The notes under the pieces were generated by a model. That model saw only the letters and a list, made by a program, of their open reading frames with translations, did not search any database and had not been told where the DNA came from. Made by a program: the position numbers and the translations under genes. Below, piece by piece: positions 1-9,990 of a stretch of DNA of 64,000 nt (the first letter of the stretch is position 1; each line of letters begins with the position of its first letter). The DNA comes from Macrostomum lignano (taxonomy: Eukaryota), in the NCBI GenBank assembly GCA_002269645.1, contig NIVC01000083.1:62001-126000 (forward strand). The letters are read 5' to 3'.

Positions 1-1
1 T

Positions 2-412
2 GCGCTTCACCAGCTGATTGACACTGCAAAGCAGGTCGATAGCGGCAGTCACTCCGCTCACCTGGAAGGCGTCTTTCGCACCTACGTGGCTGAGTCCACG
101 CTCAATGTCAAGATATGCGTAGCATCCATCAAGTCGTCTCAGATCATGCTCACCTGGGCCTACACGTTCACGAATTTCCTGGCTGACACGGGCGGCCTGC
201 TGGGCCTGTACATTGGCTGCAGTGTGCTCACCTTGTTCGAGCTGATCGAAATCTTTCATCACTGTGTGCTAACGCTAATCTTGCTCCAGCGAAAATCCAA
301 AGCAAGACGCTCAAATGCAGCCGGAGAATCTGAAGATGAAGCTGAGGAAATGAAGGTCATGACGCGTCCTGAAAATAGACTATCTGATTCTCTTGATTCA
401 GGCTCTTCTTAA
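2..412 (+). CDS. 3' coding exon of a DEG/ENaC (ASIC-like) sodium channel, starting before the window
   Basis: Frame is open from position 2 to TAA at 410-412. It encodes YTFTNFLADTGGLLGLYIGCSVLTLFELIE, the DEG/ENaC TM2 signature with the G-x-S selectivity filter. Confidence 0.9.
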   Translation, partial: ALHQLIDTAKQVDSGSHSAHLEGVFRTYVAESTLNVKICVASIKSSQIMLTWAYTFTNFLADTGGLLGLYIGCSVLTLFELIEIFHHCVLTLILLQRKSKARRSNAAGESEDEAEEMKVMTRPENRLSDSLDSGSS

Positions 413-1169
413 TCGGGTCACCGAGGGATGAGATAGTGACGTACATGTAAACCCGGGCTGCATGAAAACGCCTGTGCAACCCCTGGGCTTTGGTGCTGAA
501 AGGTACAGCCACCAGGCCTCGTCCCCTAGACTTTGTCTGCCTCTGGATGGTGCGGTAGCTGACGTTGTGATTAAGATCCCTTTATCTAGTAGAGAGGGGG
601 CCCCCCGAGTTGTTTAGAGGTACACCAGAGGCGCGGCCGCCACCAGTCACCTGTGCAAGAGTGCACCCGGTAAACACTCCCACAAACGAAACGTCAAATT
701 TCGTTTTTCACAAAAATGCTTCACACACCAGAAATAGAGTCGTTTAAGTGGCGTGCATGAACAGTGTATTTCTTCATAGCATATGCTTGTACTAATAACT
801 GTGTACACAAACTTGAAGTATATTTTTTAACCCGTTTAAGACTTTCGATTTTCTAGATTTTGTTCTTTGCTGAGCTTTATTAGAAAATGTAAATTTTAAT
901 TAATCCTGATAACTAAATATTTTCTAAAATTAAGCACTTACTCGTATTGGATAATTTATATATCAATGGTTCATGCTTCTTAAAGCAAGTTGTAGCAGCA
1001 GATAGTGTGACAGCACAGCCAAATAAATGTCCCTGTCTTGCCATCGCCAAAATCTTCTCATAGTATCATTTCTTAATTGTGAGAAAGGTTTTACATTTTT
1101 TGGAGTCAATGCACAACGTACTGATAGCAATACTTGGGGTTGGTGAGAGAAGATCGTGACATTAACTGG

Positions 1170-2078
1170 GGAGCAGGGGTTGGTCACAGAAGAATGTACA
1201 TTAACTATTGGAGCAGGGGGTTGGTCACAGAAGAATGTACATTAACTAGGGGAGCAGGGGGTTGGTCACAGAAGAATATACATTAACTAGGGGAGCAGGG
1301 GGTTGGCCATAGAAGAATATACATTAACTGGGGGAGCAGGGGGTTGGCCACAGAAGAGTGTACATTAACTGGGGAGCAGGGGTTGGCCATAGAAGAGTGT
1401 ACATTAACTGGGGGAGCAGGGGGTTGGCCACAGAAGAGTGTACATTAACTGGGGGAGCAGGGGGTTGGCCATAGAAGAGTGTACATTAACTGGGGGAGCA
1501 GGGGGTTGGCCACAGAAGAGTGTACATTAACTGGGGGAGCAGGGGGTTGGCCATAGAAGAGTGTACATTAACTGGGGGAGCAGGGGGTTGGCCACAGAAG
1601 AGTGTACATTAACTGGGGCAGCAGGGGGTTGGCCATAGAAGAGTGTACATTAACTGGGGGAGCAGGGGGTTGGCCATAGAAGACTGTACATTAACTGGGG
1701 GAGCAGGGGGTTGGCCACAGAAGAGTGTACATTAACTGGGGGAGCAGGGGGTTGGCCACAGAAGAGTGTACATTAACTGGGGCAGCAGGGGGTTGGCCAT
1801 AGAAGAGTGTACATTAACTGGGGGAGCAGGGGGTTGGCCATAGAAGAGTGTACATTAACTGGGGGAGCAGGGGGTTGGCCACAGAAGAGTGTACATTAAC
1901 TGGGGCAGCAGGGGGTTGGCCATAGAAGAGTGTACATTAACTGGGGGAGCAGGGGGTTGGCCATAGAAGAGTGTACATTAACTGGGGGAGCAGGGGGTTG
2001 GCCATAGAAGAGTGTAAATTAACTGAGGGAGCAGGGGGTTGGCCATTGAAGAGTGTACATTAACTGGGGGAGCAGGGG
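1170..2078. repeat. 41-bp G-rich minisatellite
   Basis: Unit GTGTACATTAACTGGGGGAGCAGGGGGTTGGCCATAGAAGA repeated about 21 times. Confidence 0.95.
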
Positions 2079-2714
2079 GTAAGGAGGGGTGTGGAGTGGT
2101 AAACAATGGAAAAGAAGACTAAAACGAAAACAAACGGACCTATGAGTGTGTACGCACATTATCTTTGTGGTTAATCGAGCAAGCAGCGTTTTAATTTAAA
2201 CTGTAATTTAGATTGCAACACAAATTATTCTTTACTGTACTTACTCCAGTACTTACTCCACTGGTTATTTAAGCGGCTGCTTGAAGATTGCCTTAAACAG
2301 AATTTGCCAACAAGAAAATGTTATTTTTTTACCTTAAATCTTGAAATTCAAACCATGATGTTTGCATCTCTATAAAATACACAGATCCTCTAATAAACAT
2401 TTCAGGTAACTAGACTAAAAAGTAAAGTTTGAAAAATTCATTCAGAAAACTATTGTAATATGTATATTGAACAAAATAGTTAAGTGTGCACATGGGTTCG
2501 AATCCGGAAACCAAAAAACAAAGGAAACAAAAAAATAGGAGGCCTTACAAAAATACACTACTATACGATTAGAAACTGCATACTTATATCCGCAAGCGAC
2601 GACGTGAAATTGCTACTAAAAAGCGAATATTATGAGTATATTTATTCATAAAAAACTTATTCCTGATCAAAACAAAAATGATAGACGGAAATTATCAACC
2701 AATAAAATACGATG

Positions 2715-3215
2715 GAGTGTGTATATTGGGACAGAGGTTAACAGGGGCAGATAGGGAGTGTGTACATTGGGGCGGGGGTTAACAGGGGCAGATAGGGAGT
2801 GTGTACATTGGGGCAGAGGATAGCAGGGGCAGATAGGGAGTGTGTACATTGGGGCAGAGGATAGCAGGGGCAGATAGGGAGTGTGTACATTGGGGCGGGG
2901 GTTAACAGGGGCAGATAGGGAGTGTGTACATTGGGGCAGAGGATAGCAGGGGCAGATAGGGAGTGTGTACATTAGGGCAGAGGACAGCAGGAACAGATAG
3001 GGGGTGTGTACATTGGGGCAGATGTCAACAGGAACAGATAGGGAGTGTGTACATTGGGACAGAGGATAGCAGGAACAGATAGGGGGTGTGTACATTGGGG
3101 CAGATGTCAACAGGAACAGATAGGGAGTGTGTACATTGGGACAGAGGATAGCAGGAACAGATAGGGGGTTTGTTACGTGTGTACATTGGGGCAGAGGTTA
3201 ACAGGGGCAGATAGG
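2715..3215. repeat. 41-bp G-rich minisatellite related to the 1170-2078 array
   Basis: Unit GTGTACATTGGGGCAGAGGATAGCAGGGGCAGATAGGGAGT, about 12 copies. Confidence 0.93.
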
Positions 3216-3483
3216 GAGCGATGAGACCCAGAGATACGACAGGGCTACGAGAAATAATCATCCATATTTACGGAAAAATCTGCAAAGTTACTGCCGCCAA
3301 AAAGTACATCGAATAGGACAAACACAGACAGATACAGGTTAAGGACTTGAAGAGTTCAATGGCAAGTGACTAAAAATTTGAGAATTTTCTTTTATTTGTT
3401 AATTCTCATTATCGGTTTGAAAGGTAAAATATCAGCGAATGCATTGATATTTAGTTTAATGATGACGCAACCCAAGCGTTGAA

Positions 3484-3795
3484 TTAATCGCCCAGATCGC
3501 CGCCAATTGCAGCTTCAATATCTGCTCGCTGCTGCATCCTACGAACTCTTAGGGTGAGGCATCGACGCAGACTGTAAGCAACTAGCAGGAGCAGCATAGC
3601 GCACATGGCCGACAATACGGGCAATACGGGACCGTGAAACAGCGGCTCGTAGCCGGCAGCAGCGCTACTACTAGAGGCGGTGCTGGATTTCTGCGAATTC
3701 GACGAATTGAGCACAGCTGTCTCAGGAGTTGTAAGCGGATAAACCAATGAGGTCTGATTTTGCGTCAACCAACGACAGCGACAATGCTCGTGACC
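3484..3795 (-). CDS. MARCH-like RING-CH E3 ligase, last exon (second TM helix)
   Basis: Acceptor TTTGCAG then GHEHCRC...VLPVLSAMCAMLLLLVAYSLRR...stop. Phase 0 matches the upstream exon. Confidence 0.75.
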   Translation of the reverse strand, partial: GHEHCRCRWLTQNQTSLVYPLTTPETAVLNSSNSQKSSTASSSSAAAGYEPLFHGPVLPVLSAMCAMLLLLVAYSLRRCLTLRVRRMQQRADIEAAIGGDLGD

Positions 3796-3904
3796 CTGCA
3801 AATCAGACGAAAGATTTGGATTGGATTAAAAGTAGATATAATCTACTTATAGGTCATGAAGCCAGGTATTCTTAATATCTCAAGTATAGCCGGAGTTTAG
3901 CCTA

Positions 3905-4490
3905 GTTATAGCCTGAAGCGCAGCTTAACTACAGTCTGATTATAGCCTGAAGCGCAGCTTAACTACAGTCTGATTACAGCCTAAAGCGCAGCTTAACTAC
4001 AGCCTGATTATAGCTTGAAGCGCAGCTTAACTACAGCCTGATTATAGCCTGAAGCGCAGCTTAACTACAGTCTGATTATAGCCTGAAGCGCAGCTAACTA
4101 CAGTCTGATTACAGCCTAAAGCGCAGCTTAACTACAGTCTGATTATAGCCTGAAGCGCAGCTTAACTACAGTCTGATTATAGCCTGAAGCGCAGCTTAAC
4201 TACAGTCTGATTACAGCCTAAAGCGCAGCTTAACTACAGCCTGATTATAGCTTGAAGCGCAGCTTAACTACAGTCTGATTATAGCCTGAAGCGCAGCTTA
4301 ACTACAGTCTGATTATAGCCTGAAGCGCAGCTAACTACAGTCTGATTATAGCCTGAAGCGCAGCTTAACTACAGTCTGATTATAGCCTGAAGCGCAGCTT
4401 AACTACAGTCTGATTATAGCCTGAAGCGCAGCTAACTACAGTCTGATTATAGCTTGAAGCGCAGCTTAACTACAGCCTGACTATAGCCTG
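3905..4490. repeat. 34-bp intronic minisatellite
   Basis: Unit TATAGCCTGAAGCGCAGCTTAACTACAGTCTGAT, about 17 copies, filling most of the intron 3796-4502. Confidence 0.95.
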
Positions 4491-4502
4491 AAGTTGACTC
4501 AC

Positions 4503-4707
4503 AATTTGCATCGTGAAGCCAACCAACACGCCGAGCAGGAACAATACAAACAGCACTGAGCACAGGAAGACGCCGGCGCGGCAGGTACTACTAGGCGGAC
4601 GGAAGTTCAAAAACGGCATCGATTGTTTGCATTGCTGCCACCAGCGGCGAAGCCGGAGCAGAGTGGAGGCGTCGTTGATACCGATCTGCTGTTGGCAGAG
4701 CTCGCAT
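4503..4707 (-). CDS. MARCH-like RING-CH E3 ligase, exon with the end of the RING and the first TM helix
   Basis: Acceptor TTCGCAG and donor GTGAGT. Encodes (R)CELCQQQIG...GVFLCSVLFVLFLLGVLVGFTMQI. Not in the ORF track because it has no start codon. Confidence 0.8.
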
Positions 4708-4794
4708 CTGCGAATAGTAAAGCCTGAGATGTAATTTCATGATTCTAGGGTTTTTACTGCTATTAGGGTTTTATAACAGGTAAAACAAAGATGT

Positions 4795-5125
4795 AAGGTG
4801 GGTGCAGGTGAGGAGGGTTCAGGTGAGGATGGTGCAGATGAGGATGGTGCAGCTGAGGATGGTGCAGGTGGGGAGGGTGCAGGTGATGAGGGTGCAGATG
4901 AGGATGGTGCAGGTGAGGAGGGTTCAGGTGAGGATGGTGCAGATGAGGAGGGTTCAGGTGAGGAGGGTGCAGGTGAGGAGGGTGCAGGTGAGGAGGGTTC
5001 AGGTGAGTTGGGTGCACGTGAGGATGGTGCAGGTGAGGTGGGTGCAGGTGATGAGGCCAGGTGCAGATAAGGATGGTGGAGGTGAGGCGGGTACAAGTGA
5101 GAATGGTGCAGGTGAGGATGATGCA
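4795..5125. repeat. 15-bp intronic minisatellite (GGTGCAGGTGAGGAG)
   Basis: Visible tandem unit; the overlapping Pro/Ser, His and Gly/Glu ORFs are repeat artefacts. Confidence 0.9.
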
Positions 5126-5134
5126 GGCAGTCAC

Positions 5135-5466
5135 CTGTCCAGCTGTCGCTCCAGATAAAACATCCGGTAGCAGTTGCCGCACAGGGAGCCCAGACTGCCG
5201 GCGCAGGCGCACTTCACCCTATAGAGCCGGTCGCTAATAGCTCGTTCGCGCAGCTCCTCAGCCGAGCAGCGACAGATTCGACATTCTGGCGGCGAGGCCG
5301 AGATGGATCCGTCACCGGCTTCCGCGGCGTTTTCGTCGATTGACTCGTTAGAGGAAGCTACTGAGGCCTGAGGCCACGACGGCTGCAGACTGCGCTGAAG
5401 ATGGCGACCAATATGAAGGCGGCCGTTTCTCGCCGCCGCAGCGGCCGCTGTTGCCGCAGCTGTAGC
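5135..5466 (-). CDS. MARCH-like RING-CH E3 ligase, RING-variant exon (start exon not located)
   Basis: Acceptor TTTCCAG and donor GTGACT. Encodes [12 protein letters not shown]...[29 protein letters not shown], which joins in frame (phase 2) to CELC. Confidence 0.8.
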
Positions 5467-5544
5467 CTGGAAACAGAGCAGATGATATTAACTAGCGTGG
5501 CCCAGGTTGAGTATCTGTGCAAATAAATATAATTTGGGTGTGTC

Positions 5545-6200
5545 ATTTAATTAGTTTGAGTATGAGGTGGCTGTTCAGGTGCGGATAATTAGGGTGCTTG
5601 ATTTAATTAGATTGAGTTTGAGGTGGCTGTTCAGGTGCGGATAATTGGGGTTCTTGATTTAATTACATTGAGTTTGAGGTGGCTGTTCAGGTGCGGATTA
5701 TTGGGGGTGCTTTATTTAATCAGTTTGAGTATGAGGTGGCTGTTCAGGTGAGGATAATTGGAGTGTGCTTTAATTAGTTTGAGTATGAGGTGGCTGCTCA
5801 GGTGAGGATAATTGGAGTGTGCTTTAATTAGTTTGAGTAGGAGGTGGCTGTTCAGGTGAGGATAATTGGGGTGCTTTATTTAATTAGTTTGAGTATGAGG
5901 TGGCTGTTCAGGTGAGGATAATTGGGGTGCTTTATTTAATTAGTTTGAGTATGAGGTGGCTGTTCAGGTGAGGATAATTGGAGTGTGCTTTAATTAGTTT
6001 GAGTAGGAGGTGGCTGTTCAGGTGCGGATAATTGGGGTGCTTGATTTAATTAGTTTGAGTATGAGGTGGCTGTTCAGGTGCGGATTATTGGAGTGTGCTT
6101 TAATTAGTTTGAGTAGGAGGTGGCTGTGCAGGTGCGGATAATTGGGGTGGGTGTGTGCTTTAATTAGTTTGAGTATGAGGTGGCTGTTCAGGTGCGGTTA
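5545..6200. repeat. ~55-bp minisatellite
   Basis: Unit GAGGTGGCTGTTCAGGTGAGGATAATTGGGGTGCTTTATTTAATTAGTTTGAGTAT and variants. Confidence 0.92.
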
Positions 6201-7095
6201 ATTAGGGAATGTCATTTCTATGCCTTTTCAGATGTTTGTTCATGTTTAAGTGCTAGTATAAATAAAGTATCGTACAAACGTTTTTATGAATACAAAAAAA
6301 ATTGCACCGTTAATAATTCAAGACTACAATGTACTTTAACACAATGATAAATACACAAAAATTATATATATGCAGTGTATATATAATTTGAAAATGATAG
6401 ATCAATCAAATTGCAATTGGCATGAATTAAACGAGGTCCTTTATAAATATACAAATAGAAAATTGACTCGAGTGTCAATTGCGCCAATAACCTGGAACCC
6501 TTCATGTATATACATGCTAAAAAAGTAAACGTTTACGCTTAAAAAATCAATACTGAGCTTCTGATAAAACACCGAACTACTGACAAACAAGTAGTATGCA
6601 CACGCGTGGAAAAAAATGACAGTAAAGATATGCGTAAAAATTACGAATTTTAACAAATACGCAACAAAGTGCAACAACAGTGAGATTACAGCTCACAATA
6701 TTTATTACCTAAGCATTGAAAGCATATTGCAGTCTGTGAAACAAGATTTTTTGTGAGAAGAAAACAAACACTAAGGATATAAACTTGAATCAATAGATAG
6801 ACCTTGGGACTTCTTTGAGACCTGATGATATGCATTTGATGATGTGCAACTGGAGTATTGAAACTCTCGGGAGTTCTATAGGAGCCTTGAAAACATGGGA
6901 TCACAGAAGCCAGTGTCTGGGATTGTCAAATTGGCATGGGATCTTTGACATGATCTGGGGATTTGGGATCTCTGAATATAAAATCTGGGATATGCAGATT
7001 TGGCACCTGCGATCTTGGTTTCCTGGATAGTAAGTAGGATTCAGTGTTTAGCGACCTCTTAACAACCATTGCTAGACAACCCCCCCCCAAACAAA

Positions 7096-7656
7096 TCAAC
7101 AAACATCCTCAGCATTCGCCGTGATTTTAGCAGCAGCGGTCTCCCCAGCCGCAGGCGCTGCAATCAGACACTGCCGCCTGCTAGGGTCATTCAGCTGTCG
7201 GGTTGAGCGCCTTCGCCGAGCCAGCCAGTCGCGCCAACGCCCAGCAAACAGCCAGCTGAGACAGTGCAGAGTTGGAGTACAAACTAGCGATACAATACAG
7301 GCCACGGCTACTGACCAGCTGGGCGAATTCCAGTCCAACAGGCCCGGATAAAGCACGTTGCCAAACGGATCGAAGCTCCAGTACACGGCTGAGAAAGCCA
7401 AATACAACCAACCGGCTAATTCAACATAGATTAAATAAGCCAGCCGAAATGGTAAACCGGTTGTGAAAGCATCGGCTAGCATTAAAAAACTATTGCAGCC
7501 GTGCATAAACAGTCGGGCATAGGTTGGCCGAATTAACGAGTGCCATAGGCCGATGCAGGTTACTAACAGGGAGCCGGTGTAGCTGGTGTGCATAGCCAGC
7601 CAGATACAGTGGGCCGCGAACCATACTGGCAGGCTGCTGATTGGTCGACGCTTCAT
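7096..7656 (-). CDS. rost: Rolling stone-like multipass membrane protein, exon 3 (last)
   Basis: Acceptor CCTCTCAG. Motifs MHGCNSFLMLAD, YPGLLDWNSP and several TM helices resemble the rolling stone family. Confidence 0.8.
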   Translation of the reverse strand: MKRRPISSLPVWFAAHCIWLAMHTSYTGSLLVTCIGLWHSLIRPTYARLFMHGCNSFLMLADAFTTGLPFRLAYLIYVELAGWLYLAFSAVYWSFDPFGNVLYPGLLDWNSPSWSVAVACIVSLVCTPTLHCLSWLFAGRWRDWLARRRRSTRQLNDPSRRQCLIAAPAAGETAAAKITANAEDVC

Positions 7657-7964
7657 CTGAGAGGGGAGAGATTTACATGTAAGTGGATATGAAATTAACG
7701 CTAGCAATTTATTAATGCTTTTTAATGAAACTTAAATGATGCCTTAAGTTAACTACTTACAGTAGAAATAGTAGCATTTGTTGCTATTTTTAAGTCTGTC
7801 TTTTACCTCTCAGTTCTCGAACTGCCCTTCCACTCACTCATTCTAAATGTGCCATTTTACTCCATTAGTCAATCTAATCTGCCATTCCATTCCCTCAGTA
7901 TTAGAATTTGCTATTCTTTAGTTGATTGATTGGTTGGTTTATTGAACTCCCTTAGTACATGAAT

Positions 7965-8540
7965 CTGCCATTCTACTCCCTTTTAGTCTCCAAATCTGCC
8001 ATTCTACCCCCTTTTAGTCTCCGAATCTGCCATTCTACCTCCTTTTAGTCTCCGAATCTGCCATTCTACTTCCTTTTAGTCTCCGAATCTACCATTCTAC
8101 TTCCTTTTAGTCTCCGAATCTACCATTCTACCCCCTTTTAGTCTCCGAATCTGCCATTCTACCTCCTTTTAGTCTCCGAATCTGCCATTCTACCCACTTT
8201 TAGTCTCCGAATCTGCCATTCTACCCATTTTTAGTCTCCGAATCTGCCATTCTACCCACTTTTAGTCTCCGAATCTGCCATTCTACCTTCTTTTAGTCTC
8301 CGAATGTGCCATTCTACCTCCTTTTAGTCTCCGAATGTGCCATTCTACCCCTTTTTAGTCTCCGAATCTGCCATTCTACCTCCTTTTAGTCTCCGAATCT
8401 GCCATTCTACCCATTTTTAGTCTCCGAATCTGCCATTCTACCTCCTTTTAGTCTCCGAATGTGCCATTCTACCCCTTTTTAGTCCCAGAATCTGCCATTG
8501 TATCCTTTTTTAGTCCCAGAATCTGCCATTCTACTCCCCC
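7965..8540. repeat. 31-bp intronic minisatellite
   Basis: Unit TTTTAGTCTCCGAATCTGCCATTCTACCYCC in rost-like intron 2. Confidence 0.93.
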
Positions 8541-8712
8541 AGTCCTCGAATCCACACAAAAAAATCAGCTTAATAAAATGTTATTACCGATATGTATATA
8601 AATACTTTGCAAAGCCAATTTCTTTGCTTTCGTCTTCGGTAGAACATATACATTAATCGTTTTAAAAAAAAACTTGATATAAACTTAATGTAATGAAAGC
8701 ATAATTACGTAC

Positions 8713-9102
8713 CTTATGATCCCAAGCAACCAGATATGGCCCATCATTAAGCCTATAGGCATCTCCATCAGTCAGCTTCACTATCAGCATAATAGCACTG
8801 GAGCCAATCAGATAGATGCAGGTTACTAAAAAATTCCAATAAGTCAAGTACACGATAAACGGCTGGTGCTTTTGTTGGGTCTCGGCCTCTGTCGCGCCGC
8901 TGCTGGCAAGGCTGGCATTTCCGGCGCCATCAGCTGGCGAACTCTCCCCATCCGCTGCCCAATCTTCGAACGGATTTGGCACTTCGTCGTATTCCGCTTC
9001 GATGGCAACGGATGCCGAGGTGACGCATACGTAGATTAGAGTGAAAGCGTAGGCGGTTGTGAGGCCAAGGCGGACCAGCCACAGAGTCCACACTGAGCAC
9101 AG
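8713..9102 (-). CDS. rost: Rolling stone-like protein, exon 2
   Basis: Acceptor ATCGCAG, donor GTACGT, 390 nt, phase 0/0. Encodes LCSVWTLWLVRL...FIVYLTYWNFLVTCIYL. Confidence 0.8.
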
Positions 9103-9149
9103 CTGCGATTGCCAGCGGGTAGGGTGGGTGGGGAAGCAGAATCATTTAA

Positions 9150-9858
9150 GTCTGCCAGTCTGCTGATTGAGTCTATCGAATCTGCCAGTCTGCTCACTGA
9201 GTCTATATCGAATCTGCCAATCTGCTCACTGAGTCTATATCGAATCTGCCAGTCTGCTCATTGAGTCTATCGAATCTGCCAGTCTGCTCACTGAGTCTAT
9301 ATCGAATCTGCCAATCTGCTCACTGAGTCTATATCGAATCTGCCAGTCTGCTCATTGAGTCTATCGAATCTGCCAGTCTGCTCACTGAGTCTATATCGAA
9401 TCTGCCAGTCTGCTCATTGAGTCTATCGAATCTGCCAGTCTGCTCACTGAGTCTATTGAATCTGCCAGTCTGCTCACTGAGTCTATAAAATCTGCCACTC
9501 TGCTCACTGAGTCTATATCGAATCTGCCAGTCTGCTCAATCAGTCTATATCGAATCTGCCAGTCTGCTCACTGAGTCTATCGAATCTGCCAGCCTGCTCA
9601 CTGAGTCTATATCGATATGCCAGTCTGCTCGCTGAGTCTATCAAATCTGTCAGTCTGCTCACTCAGTCCATCGAATCTGCCAGTCTGCTCACTGAGTCTA
9701 TATCGATATGCCAGTCTGCTCGCTGAGTCTATCAAATCTGTCAGTCTGCTCACTCAGTCCATCGAATCTGCCAGTCTGCTCACTGAGTCTATATCGATAT
9801 GCCAGTCTGCTCGCTGAGTCTATCGAATCTGTCAGTCTGCTCACTCAGTCCATCGAAT
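9150..9858. repeat. 30-32-bp intronic minisatellite
   Basis: Unit GAATCTGCCAGTCTGCTCACTGAGTCTAT(AT)C. Confidence 0.93.
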
Positions 9859-9990
9859 CTCTTATTTTATCTTGTTCCTAGAATCTTTCCACTGCGATTA
9901 TCTAATCGCCCAATACTATATTGCACTCACTCATTGTTTGAATCTGCATCCCATTTACTTATCTGGTGGAATATGACATAGTTGTATAAT

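Noticed and set aside
414-700. GC-rich structured-looking segment after the ENaC stop, with GGCCTCGTCCCC resembling an HDV L3 loop
   Set aside because: P3 and P1 helices could not be formed in the required order, no hammerhead core was found, and there is no second copy in the window. Left unannotated.
4737-5212. His-rich, Pro/Ser-rich and Gly/Glu-rich ORFs
   Set aside because: Translations of the 15-bp repeat inside a splice-supported intron. The CAGGTGAG motifs there are on the antisense strand of the host gene.
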